Shown here: in pieces, positions 56,217-64,000 of the stretch
How positions within the stretch are numbered: position 1 is the stretch's first letter
How the letters are laid out: the number at the start of each line of letters is the position of its first letter
From: Gammaproteobacteria bacterium
GTDB lineage: Bacteria > Pseudomonadota > Gammaproteobacteria > Tethybacterales > Persebacteraceae
Length of the DNA: 64,000 bases
NCBI GenBank assembly: GCA_965221835.1
Contig: OZ244916.1
Coordinates: forward strand, 1,785,643-1,849,642
Direction of reading: 5' to 3'
The notes under the pieces: model-generated
What the model was told of the DNA's origin: nothing
Seen by the model: only the letters and a program-made list of their open reading frames with translations
Database searches by the model: none
Position numbers and translations under genes: made by a program

Positions 56217-56335
56217 GCCGAACCCGCCCGTTTTTTTGCGAATTCGGGCGGGCAAAACATGCCCATCGGATTTTTGCGAACTTGATTTTTGCGAACATGC
56301 CGAACCCGCCCGTTTTTTTTGCAGATTCGGGCGGG
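56217..56335. promoter_or_regulatory. two copies of a 36-bp hairpin element (gccgaacccgcccg-T7-gc-r-aattcgggcggg) in the promoter region; the second copy is followed by a TATACT -10-like box
   Basis: Copies at 56217-56252 and 56299-56335. 8-bp GC stem with T-rich loop, no downstream T-run. Confidence 0.45.
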
Positions 56336-56380
56336 ATGTGTTATACTTTCGCCCATAGTTTACAAAAAAGGAGTTCTCAA

Positions 56381-58105
56381 ATGAAAAATGCAATCCAAAA
56401 AATCATTATTGTCGCCGCCGTTGTAGCGGGAGTTTCGCAAGTCGCAAATGCGGCGGGATATGTGGTACGAATTGTAGAAAATATTTATGCGGCAACGAAC
56501 TACCCCGAATATACCGCCGGCGTATCCGACGACGAAAGGGCTCGTTATGCCATAGCGGCGGCGGAGTTTCTATGCACGAATGCCGGAAACACTTATCTAG
56601 AATGCACTGAGACAATGGGACGGAATGCTCCGAATTTCCTTCGCACCAACTTTTCGGATTTTGTTGATGGGGGAACGCGGCATATCTATGCGTTTGCATC
56701 GTTTACCAGAAATACACGCTTTGATGTAAGGGCGGCGACCGTAGGGGATGCAGCTGTGCGGCTTATTGCAGCATGCGAAGAGAGGCATACTAGGAGCACA
56801 ACCTGCACAACCGAAGTGACTAGTAACGGTTGGATATGCGGAGACGGGGACGGATTTGACATCGTTAACACCGCTCTGATTCCTCCTCGAACTCAAAACT
56901 GCAACACAGAAACGACTTCGTTCAATTTTGACAACATTGACCGCCCAAGCGATTGCCCGGATGGACAAGTTTGGGACAATACGGGATGCCTCTGGGCAAC
57001 GGCGGAAGTTTGCAGTGCAATGCCGATTCCTCAAATTTTTGATAACGATTCGGAGGTCGGCAATGATGATCTCGGCGGATCTTGCATCCTGCCGAGGAAT
57101 AGTAACGACTGCAGAACTTTGCACGGAAATTTGCAGCCGGTGTTTGCGGCGGACGAAGATGACAGATGCGAACCGATGACGAATTGCGGCACGGGAACGA
57201 CGGGAACGGCAAATGCTCAAAATGAATGCGAATGTCTTGATGACACATATAGATTTGTTGCAGGTTCTACGACAATGTGCGCACCGATTCCGCCGGGTGC
57301 CGCAATCTGCGGGGCGAATGCGATAAATGCGGAAGATATTACGATGTGCGTTTGCGTTGACGACCATAGATTTGTTGCAGGTTCTACGACAATGTGCGAA
57401 CCGATTCCGCCGGATGCCGCAAACTGCGGGGCGAATGCGATAAATGATCCGAACGATAATACGAATTGCGTTTGCGTTGACAACCATAGATTTGTTGAAG
57501 GTTCTGCGACGAAATGCGAAGCGATTCCGCAAACAAGCGGCGGCGGAAATGGCAGCGGCGGCAAGTTTATTCTTAGCGGAATCGGTTTGTTTTGGGCGGT
57601 TTATTCATGGAAAAACGGTGCGGGCGAATTCAACTTTTCGCCCGATGTCGGCTACGCCTTCACCGAAAGCGGCTACTCCGCAAACGCCGCCGGACAACTC
57701 AATTTCCGTGACGAAAATCTGCATATTTATTGGCGTGCCGGTCAACAAAACGCAAACGGCAACTTCGGCGATTTGCGTTACGAAAGCGGCGGAAAATACA
57801 CGGCGGATTTTTGGACAGCAACATTTTCCGAATCGATTTCCGGCGAAACGGCGAATTATGATTTTTCGCTTTCGGCAAATTTACAAAACAGAATCTGGAA
57901 TATATCGCCCGTTTACCGTTTGCATTCCGAATGGAAAGAATCCGATTCCGGCATAAAAACCGATACTCGCAACGAATTAAATTTGCAAGGAAATTTCCGT
58001 TATAACGGCTGGACAATCCGCCCCGCCGCCGGTTTCCGCTGGCAAAATGCAAACGATTTTTCCGAAAATGCCCGATTCCAAATAAACGCGATTCATCGGT
58101 TTTAA
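56381..58105 (+). CDS. secreted protein with Cys-rich tandem motifs and a C-terminal region ending in Phe (possible outer-membrane beta-barrel / autotransporter-like)
   Basis: RBS AAAAGGAG. Signal peptide MKNAIQKIIIVAAVVAGVSQVANAAG. Three ~42-aa Cys-containing repeats (C-x-C-[LV]DD-x-RFV-x-GS-x3-C-x-[PA]IP...CGANAIN). C-terminal ...FQINAIHRF. Confidence 0.65.
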   Translation: MKNAIQKIIIVAAVVAGVSQVANAAGYVVRIVENIYAATNYPEYTAGVSDDERARYAIAAAEFLCTNAGNTYLECTETMGRNAPNFLRTNFSDFVDGGTRHIYAFASFTRNTRFDVRAATVGDAAVRLIAACEERHTRSTTCTTEVTSNGWICGDGDGFDIVNTALIPPRTQNCNTETTSFNFDNIDRPSDCPDGQVWDNTGCLWATAEVCSAMPIPQIFDNDSEVGNDDLGGSCILPRNSNDCRTLHGNLQPVFAADEDDRCEPMTNCGTGTTGTANAQNECECLDDTYRFVAGSTTMCAPIPPGAAICGANAINAEDITMCVCVDDHRFVAGSTTMCEPIPPDAANCGANAINDPNDNTNCVCVDNHRFVEGSATKCEAIPQTSGGGNGSGGKFILSGIGLFWAVYSWKNGAGEFNFSPDVGYAFTESGYSANAAGQLNFRDENLHIYWRAGQQNANGNFGDLRYESGGKYTADFWTATFSESISGETANYDFSLSANLQNRIWNISPVYRLHSEWKESDSGIKTDTRNELNLQGNFRYNGWTIRPAAGFRWQNANDFSENARFQINAIHRF

Positions 58106-58122
58106 TTTCGGAAAAAAAAGAA

Positions 58123-58152
58123 AAGGCGGCGGGGAAACTCGCCGCTTTTTTT
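58123..58152 (+). terminator. rho-independent terminator
   Basis: aaaaggcggcggggaaactcgccgc + T8. Confidence 0.7.
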
Positions 58153-58158
58153 GGTTTA

Positions 58159-58291
58159 CTCGCCCCTGACATTTGTCGGGGGCGAAATCAGCCGCAGCAG
58201 TTTACTGCTGCAAAACCCGGCATTTTCCGCGAACGATAGAATCGGGGGGCGGAGTAAACTCCGCCGTACTTGTTTCGCCCCCGACAAATGT
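58159..58291. mobile_element. MITE-like element (133 bp) with 29-bp terminal inverted repeats
   Basis: Left ctcgcccctgacatttgtcgggggcgaaa / right tttcgcccccgacaaatgtcgggggcgag. Second, truncated copy at 22179-22284. Confidence 0.7.
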
Positions 58292-58358
58292 CGGGGGCGA
58301 GTCATGAACGCGGAAAATGGTAAATTTTATTTTCGGCGGAATTTCGCCGCGTTCACCT

Positions 58359-58491
58359 CGTCATTCCCGCGAAATCGGGAATCCATTTTTACCGACAAAT
58401 CCCCGCATTTATCTCGTTTTTTGCAAAAAAAATTCGCGGAAATTCCAAAATTAATCGCCCCGAATGGATTCCCGCTTTCGCGGGAATGACG
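58359..58491. mobile_element. dRS3-bounded small inverted-repeat element (two inverted dRS3 copies, 58363-58382 and 58468-58487, flanking ~85 bp)
   Basis: gtcattcccgcgaaatcgggaatccatt ... aatggattcccgctttcgcgggaatgac form 28-bp terminal inverted repeats. Confidence 0.65.
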
Positions 58492-58524
58492 GCGTTTTTT
58501 CGCGGAATTCCATCTTTGCGGAAG

Positions 58525-60705
58525 TTAGGGGCGGGCGGGGCGGACGGTGATTTGTCCGGCGGCGTTTTCGTTTATGGTGTATTGTTTTCCGGTGACAACA
58601 TTGCCTTCCGATTCTGCCATCGCCAGCGGGTCTATAACTCGCGTTCGCAATAAACGTTCCACGGCACGGGCGCCTGTTTCGGGCGATAATCCGTCTCGCA
58701 CGAGAGAAGCGTGCAATCGTTTTCCCGCCCGCACGGTAATTTGTTTGTCGGTGCGCAAACGGTCGTTCAATTCGCGCAATCGCAAATCCACAATTCGCGC
58801 AACTGCTGCGCGCGATAGCGGTTGAAAACGAATGACCGCATCCAGCCGGTTGCGAAACTCCCGCGAAAAACGCCGCGAAATCTCTTCCGCCCCCGCTGCC
58901 GCCGCATCATCCCGCCCGAAACCGGCGGGCGCGCGTTCCCATTCCGCCGCCCCGGCGTTGGAAGTCATTATTAAAATCGCGTTGGAAAAATCGGCACGGC
59001 GTCCGGCGTTGTCGGTCAGCGCACCGTAATCCATCACTTGCAAAAAAATATGCAAAATATCGGGATGCGCCTTTTCAATTTCGTCCAATAATAAAACCGC
59101 GTCCGGATGACGGAAAATTTGCTCCGTTAAACCGCCGCTTTGTTCAAATCCGACATAGCCCGGCGGTGCGCCGATAAGACGCGAAACGGAATGCGATTCC
59201 ATATATTCGGACATGTCAAAACGCAAAAGTTTTGCGTCCAATGCCGCCGCGAGTTGTCGCGCCATTTCGGTTTTGCCGGTGCCGGTCGGACCCGCAAACA
59301 AAAACGCCCCCGCCGTGCGTCCGTTGTCGTGATAGCCCAGCCGCCGCCGCAATACTGCCGCCGACAAATGCGCCGCCGCCTGCGGTTGTGCCATTACTTT
59401 CGCCGACAAATGCGCCGCCAGATTCGCCGCGTTTTCGCTGTCTTTCGCGGGCAATCCCGCAGCCGTTCGCGCGACGATAATAATATCGTTTTCGGCAACC
59501 GGCGACGAGTCGCCGCGCAGTTTTTTTTGCGAACCGGCATCGTCCAGCAAATCTATCGCTTTGTCCGGCAAAAAGCGCGAAGGCAAAAATCGCCGCGAAT
59601 AGCGCACCGCAAAATCCGCCGCTTGCGGTGCATATTTAACGCGATGATGGGCGGACAATCCGGTTATTACGCCGGATAAAATTACTTGCAATTCGCGTCC
59701 GCCCGGTTCTGCAATGTCAATTTTGTGAAATCGCCGCGACAATGCCGCATCGCGTTCAAAAATGCGGCGATATTCGGCGTAAGTTGTCGCACCGATGCAT
59801 CGCACGCCGCCGGTCAGCAGCGGTTTCATTAAATTGGCGGCATCCAGCGCGCCGCCCGATACTGCGCCCGCGCCGATGATGGTGTGAATTTCGTCTATGA
59901 ATAAAACCGCGTTCGGGCGGGCGCGACATTTTTCGAGTAACTGCCGCATCCGTTGTTCAAAATCGCCGCGGTATTTTGTGCCGGCAACCAGATCGCCGAC
60001 GGAAATGGCGGTTAGCGAAAAATCCGCCAAAGACGGCGGCGCATCTTCGCGCAATGCGTAGTGCGCGAGTTTATGTACGACGGCGGTTTTGCCCACGCCC
60101 GGCTCGCCGACCAAAATCGGATTATTTTTGTATTTGCGTCCGATAACGCGTACGATTTCGGCAATTTCCGCGTCTCGTCCGAACGGTTTTTCCAGCCGTC
60201 CGGCGGCGGCGAGGGCGACCAAATCGTTTTCGGTATCGGCGGCGGATTGCGATTGCGGTTGCGATTCCAATTCGGCGGTTTTGAAGGCGGATTTTTGATT
60301 TGCATGCGCCAGTACTGCCAGCCGTTCAACGCCGTGTTTGCAAAGATAATAGGCGGCACGCGAATCGGGTTCGGCGAAAACCGCCGCCAAAACATGCGCG
60401 CCGGAAACGCCGCCGGATGAATAGGTGCGCGTTTGCAAAACCGCCCGCTTAATGACGCGGTCAAACTCGGCGGTCGGTGCGGGGCGTTTCGCGCCCGAAT
60501 GCGATTTTTGCGATTCAATGCAGTGCGCCAGATCTTGCCGCAAACTTTCCACATCCGCCTTGCAACGCGACAAACAATGGCGCACCGAAGAGTTGTCTAT
60601 CAGTACCAAAACCAGATGTTCCAGCGTAACCGCCTCCAGCCGCCGCCGCCTCGCGTCGGTATAGGTGAAGTTAATGTTATCCTCCAACTCCGGCGTAATC
60701 ATCAT
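58525..60705 (-). CDS. clpA: ATP-dependent Clp protease ATP-binding subunit ClpA
   Basis: Clp N-domain, two AAA+ modules (GEPGVGKT, GPTGTGKT). 726 aa. No clpS upstream. Confidence 0.9.
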   Translation of the reverse strand: MMITPELEDNINFTYTDARRRRLEAVTLEHLVLVLIDNSSVRHCLSRCKADVESLRQDLAHCIESQKSHSGAKRPAPTAEFDRVIKRAVLQTRTYSSGGVSGAHVLAAVFAEPDSRAAYYLCKHGVERLAVLAHANQKSAFKTAELESQPQSQSAADTENDLVALAAAGRLEKPFGRDAEIAEIVRVIGRKYKNNPILVGEPGVGKTAVVHKLAHYALREDAPPSLADFSLTAISVGDLVAGTKYRGDFEQRMRQLLEKCRARPNAVLFIDEIHTIIGAGAVSGGALDAANLMKPLLTGGVRCIGATTYAEYRRIFERDAALSRRFHKIDIAEPGGRELQVILSGVITGLSAHHRVKYAPQAADFAVRYSRRFLPSRFLPDKAIDLLDDAGSQKKLRGDSSPVAENDIIIVARTAAGLPAKDSENAANLAAHLSAKVMAQPQAAAHLSAAVLRRRLGYHDNGRTAGAFLFAGPTGTGKTEMARQLAAALDAKLLRFDMSEYMESHSVSRLIGAPPGYVGFEQSGGLTEQIFRHPDAVLLLDEIEKAHPDILHIFLQVMDYGALTDNAGRRADFSNAILIMTSNAGAAEWERAPAGFGRDDAAAAGAEEISRRFSREFRNRLDAVIRFQPLSRAAVARIVDLRLRELNDRLRTDKQITVRAGKRLHASLVRDGLSPETGARAVERLLRTRVIDPLAMAESEGNVVTGKQYTINENAAGQITVRPARP

Positions 60706-60788
60706 CTTAATAAGTATAATGCAAACTTCGCCGCAAAGCGGGAATTAATTTGCGGCGGATTTTTTTACGGACAAATCGCCCGCGATTT

Positions 60789-61601
60789 TCATAACGCCGC
60801 CGCCTCGCCGTCAAAAATGTTTTCGTGCAAATTCGGATTTTCGCGGGCGTAATCGCGCGCCGTTTTGCCGCCCGATTCCGCAAAATCCGGATTCGCGCCC
60901 GCTGCAAGAAGAAGTTTTATGATTTCGCCGTGTCCGCCCGCCGCCGCCTGATGTAAAGCCGTGTTGCCGTCTTCGTCCGCCAAATCGGGAGACGCTTTTG
61001 CCGCCAAAAGCATTCGGACAATTTCGGTGCGTTTGCGGTATGCCGCCAAATGCAAAGGTGTGCCGCCGGTATCGGTCGCCGCATCCGGATTCGCACCCGC
61101 TGCGAGTAGCATTTCGGCGATTCCGATATTTCCGAAATACGCCGCCCAATACAAAGCGGTTTCTTTGTTTGCGGTCGCCGCATTTGGATTCGCCCCCGCC
61201 GCCAAAAGTAGACGAACATTTTCGGCATTTTGCGCAAATGCCGCCTGAAATAAAGGCGTTCCGCCGTCCCGCGTTTCCGCATTCGGATTCGCCCCCGCCG
61301 CCAACAATGCCGCAACGATTTCGCCATCTTCGCCGCCCGCCGCAAAATGCAAAACCGTCCATTCGGAACCGGAGTGCGCGTTCGGATTTCCGCAAAACTT
61401 CAATAGCATTTTGGCAATCGCGGAAAAATTTCCGATAACTGCCAAAGTCAAAAACGAATCGCACAAGGTTGTCGAAGGCGGTGCAAAAATTTCGTCCGCT
61501 TCCGATTCGGCAGCGGCGGACGGCGAAAACGCCGCGATTATAGCGACCAAAACGGCGGATAAAACGGCGGATAAAACGGCGGATAAAACAGCGTTTTTCA
61601 T
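60789..61601 (-). CDS. secreted ankyrin-repeat protein (paralogue of the 35.5-43.4 kb array) with (AVLS)x3 repeat in the signal peptide
   Basis: LLAAGANPNA repeats x6. Signal peptide encoded partly by a 15-nt tandem repeat (ggataaaacggcgga x3 at ~61556-61600). Start ATG 61601 (or 61631). Confidence 0.75.
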   Translation of the reverse strand: MKNAVLSAVLSAVLSAVLVAIIAAFSPSAAAESEADEIFAPPSTTLCDSFLTLAVIGNFSAIAKMLLKFCGNPNAHSGSEWTVLHFAAGGEDGEIVAALLAAGANPNAETRDGGTPLFQAAFAQNAENVRLLLAAGANPNAATANKETALYWAAYFGNIGIAEMLLAAGANPDAATDTGGTPLHLAAYRKRTEIVRMLLAAKASPDLADEDGNTALHQAAAGGHGEIIKLLLAAGANPDFAESGGKTARDYARENPNLHENIFDGEAAAL

Positions 61602-61721
61602 TGCGGCGAATCTTGCGCAATTATAAAACATGGTTGCGGGCGGCGGAAATTTGGGATTCGCCGCCGCGGCGGGTTAAAATAAAAATCCGCCGCACGAATT
61701 TACGCGGCTTTGGAAAAAATA

Positions 61722-62600
61722 ATGACAGCAAAATCCGCCGGTGCAAAACTTCGCCTTGCAATGAAAGAGGAAAATCCTCTTCTCGTCGCCGGCACGGTCA
61801 ACGCTTTTTGCGCGATACTCGCCGAACACGCCGGTTTTCGCGCGATTTATCTTTCCGGCGGCGGAGTTGCCGCTTGTATGGGAATGCCCGATTTGGCGGC
61901 GACAACAATGCACGATGTCATCGCCGATGCCGGACGCATCACCGCCGCCTCGCCGCTGCCGTTGTTGGTGGACGCCGATACCGGATTTGGTTCGTGGATT
62001 AATATCGCGCGGACGACAAAAGAACTCGCGCGAGTCGGTGCGGCGGGAATGCATTTGGAAGATCAGATTCAGGCGAAACGATGCGGACATCGCCCCAACA
62101 AATCTCTCGTGCCGCCCGCCGAAATGGCGGACCGCATCCGTGCCGCCGTGGATGCGCGCGACAACGCCGAATTCGTTATTATGGCGCGCACCGATGCGTT
62201 GGCGAATGAAACGCGCGATTCTGCCGTTGCCCGCGCAAAATTGTACGCCGATGCCGGCGCCGATATGATTTTTGCCGAAGCCGCGAAAAGTTTGGATGAT
62301 TATCGCGCTTTCAAAACCGGATGCGGCGTGCCGGTGCTGGCAAACATTACCGAATTCGGGCAAACGCCGATGTTTACCGCCGCCGAATTGCAAAGCGCTG
62401 GCGTAGATTTAATGCTGTTTCCGCTGTCCGCATTCCGCGGGATGAACCGCGCCGCCGCCGACATATACGCCGCCATTCGCAAAGACGGCGGACAAAAATC
62501 GGTTGTTGCGATGATGCAAACGCGCGATGAATTGTACGAACGCCTTCGCTATCACGATTACGAAAAGAAAATGGATTCCCTTTTTGGAGGACAACAATGA
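61722..62600 (+). CDS. prpB: 2-methylisocitrate lyase
   Basis: PEP mutase/ICL family. [23 protein letters not shown] track TTG start at 61710; ATG at 61722. Confidence 0.85.
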   Translation: MTAKSAGAKLRLAMKEENPLLVAGTVNAFCAILAEHAGFRAIYLSGGGVAACMGMPDLAATTMHDVIADAGRITAASPLPLLVDADTGFGSWINIARTTKELARVGAAGMHLEDQIQAKRCGHRPNKSLVPPAEMADRIRAAVDARDNAEFVIMARTDALANETRDSAVARAKLYADAGADMIFAEAAKSLDDYRAFKTGCGVPVLANITEFGQTPMFTAAELQSAGVDLMLFPLSAFRGMNRAAADIYAAIRKDGGQKSVVAMMQTRDELYERLRYHDYEKKMDSLFGGQQ

Positions 62601-63706
62601 GCACAAATCAAGGATTGCGCGGCGTATATGCCGGGCGCACCGCCATCTGCACATGCGGTCACGACGGGCGCGGGTTAGATTATCGCGGTTATCGCATAGA
62701 AGATCTCGCAACAAGTGCGGGATTTGAAGAAACCGCGTTTTTACTTTTGCACGGCGAGTTGCCGACTGCCGCCGCACTGACGGCATTCAAAACGCGCCTC
62801 GCCGGACTTCGCGAATTGCCGCCTGCGGTGCGGGATACGCTGGAACGAATCCCCGCGCACGCCCATCCGATGGATGTGATGCGCACTGCGTGTTCGGTTC
62901 TCGGTGCGGTGGAAGCGGAAGACGAAGACGACAAAAAAACCGCCGAACGCTTACTCGCTTTTTTCCCGTCCGCAATTGGTTACTGGCACCGCTTTGTGCA
63001 AACCGGCGAACGCGCGGAAGTCGACACGCCGGACGAAGATATTGCCGCGCAGTTGTTGCGGCTGATTACCGGCGCACCGCCCCAAAAATCGCATGTCGCG
63101 GCGATGAACATATCGCTGGTACTGTACGCCGAACATGAATTTAACGCCTCTACTTTTACCGCGCGAGTAGTGACGGCGACTTTGTCCGATTTTCATTCGG
63201 CGACAACCGCCGCTATCGGTGCGTTGCGCGGTCCCTTGCATGGCGGTGCGAACGAGGCGGCAATGGCGCTCATAGAACGCTTTTCGTCGCCCGCTGCGGC
63301 GGCGGCGGGAATTGAAAAAATGCTGGCGGCAAAAGAAAAAATTATGGGATTCGGGCATGCTGTTTATTCCGAATGCGACCCGCGCAGCGACATTATCAAA
63401 AGCGAATCGCGGCGGCTGGCGGCGGGGCATCCGGATGCGCATTTGTTTCCCGTTTCCGAGGCGGTAGAAAAAGTGATGTGGGACGAAAAAAAGTTGTTTC
63501 CGAATCTGGATTTTTACAGCGCTTCGGCGTATCATTTTATGGGCGTTCCGACGCCGCTTTTTACGCCGATTTTTGTCGTGTCGCGAATGGCGGGATGGGC
63601 GGCGCACATTATGGAGCAGCGCGCCGACAACCGTCTTATTCGCCCTAACGCCGAATATATCGGTCCGGCGACTCGCCCGTTTACGCCGCTGGCAGAACGG
63701 GGATGA
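62597..63706 (+). CDS. prpC: 2-methylcitrate synthase / citrate synthase family
   Basis: Citrate synthase signature [34 protein letters not shown]. Confidence 0.85.
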   Translation: MSTNQGLRGVYAGRTAICTCGHDGRGLDYRGYRIEDLATSAGFEETAFLLLHGELPTAAALTAFKTRLAGLRELPPAVRDTLERIPAHAHPMDVMRTACSVLGAVEAEDEDDKKTAERLLAFFPSAIGYWHRFVQTGERAEVDTPDEDIAAQLLRLITGAPPQKSHVAAMNISLVLYAEHEFNASTFTARVVTATLSDFHSATTAAIGALRGPLHGGANEAAMALIERFSSPAAAAAGIEKMLAAKEKIMGFGHAVYSECDPRSDIIKSESRRLAAGHPDAHLFPVSEAVEKVMWDEKKLFPNLDFYSASAYHFMGVPTPLFTPIFVVSRMAGWAAHIMEQRADNRLIRPNAEYIGPATRPFTPLAERG

Positions 63707-63784
63707 ACGCGTCCGCCGCCTGATGAGGTTGACATCGGCGGGGGATGGCGGTATAATTTTAATTTTTTCTTGGAGCAATCGGGA

Positions 63785-64000
63785 ATGTCCAGAGTTTGTC
63801 AGGTAACCGGAAAAGGCGCGATGAGCGGCAACAATGTATCGCACGCGAACAACAAAAACAAGCGCGTGTTTTTGCCGAATTTACACAAAAAACGCTTTTG
63901 GGTGCCGTCCGAAAAACGTTATATTACTTTGCGCGTGTCCTCGCACGGCATTCGCACGATTGACAAACGCGGCATTGAAACCGTCGTCGGCGATTTGCGC
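63785..64000 (+). CDS. rpmB: 50S ribosomal protein L28 (3' end beyond window)
   Basis: [63 protein letters not shown]. Confidence 0.9.
   Translation, partial: MSRVCQVTGKGAMSGNNVSHANNKNKRVFLPNLHKKRFWVPSEKRYITLRVSSHGIRTIDKRGIETVVGDLR

Noticed and set aside
1-64000. tRNA, rRNA, CRISPR arrays, IS transposases, DNA uptake sequences
   Set aside because: No T-psi-C-like GGTTCGAATCC motifs, no spacer-repeat periodicity, and no transposase-like ORF were seen on visual scan. Not exhaustively computable by eye.

Overview
High-GC, gene-dense proteobacterial chromosome segment. Neisseria-type dRS3 repeats (ATTCCC-N8-GGGAAT) and MITE-like elements place it in the Neisseriaceae. Housekeeping genes (guaA, guaB, pip, coq7, serC, parAB, mnmG, pheA, hisFE, tatABC, mfd, nuoMN, ftsK, clpA, prpBC, rpmB) are interrupted by several accessory or defence-like insertions. 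(1) A retron-type reverse transcriptase (VTG and YVDD motifs) with a candidate upstream msr/msd RNA. It is flanked by a 29-bp hairpin direct repeat and followed by a translationally coupled PRTase-domain plus DprA/Smf-like gene pair. (2) A two-gene module: PLD-nuclease/SNF2 helicase fusion plus a 1195-aa MmeI/Eco57I-family (type IIG-like) N6-adenine methyltransferase. It resembles the DrmD-DrmMI pair of class 1 DISARM but lacks drmA/B/C. (3) Immediately downstream, two tandem small cassettes: a DUF4325/STAS-like plus membrane-protein pair, and a Panacea-antitoxin plus membrane-protein pair. Each is bounded by nested direct repeats, which are copies of the MTase 3' end and the pip 5' end. (4) A ~7.8 kb tandem array of 8 paralogous ankyrin-repeat genes with conserved 5' (lipoprotein signal) and 3' (LRAAGAKE) ends and near-identical terminator hairpins. 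(5) Two type II restriction-modification systems inserted upstream of nuoM and between nuoM and nuoN. The first is bounded by a 57-bp duplication of the nuoM 5' end and carries an in-frame fragment of a DEAD-box helicase N-terminus fused to the MTase. Several tandem-repeat arrays lie in intergenic or promoter regions. No tRNA, rRNA, CRISPR or transposase genes were recognised.
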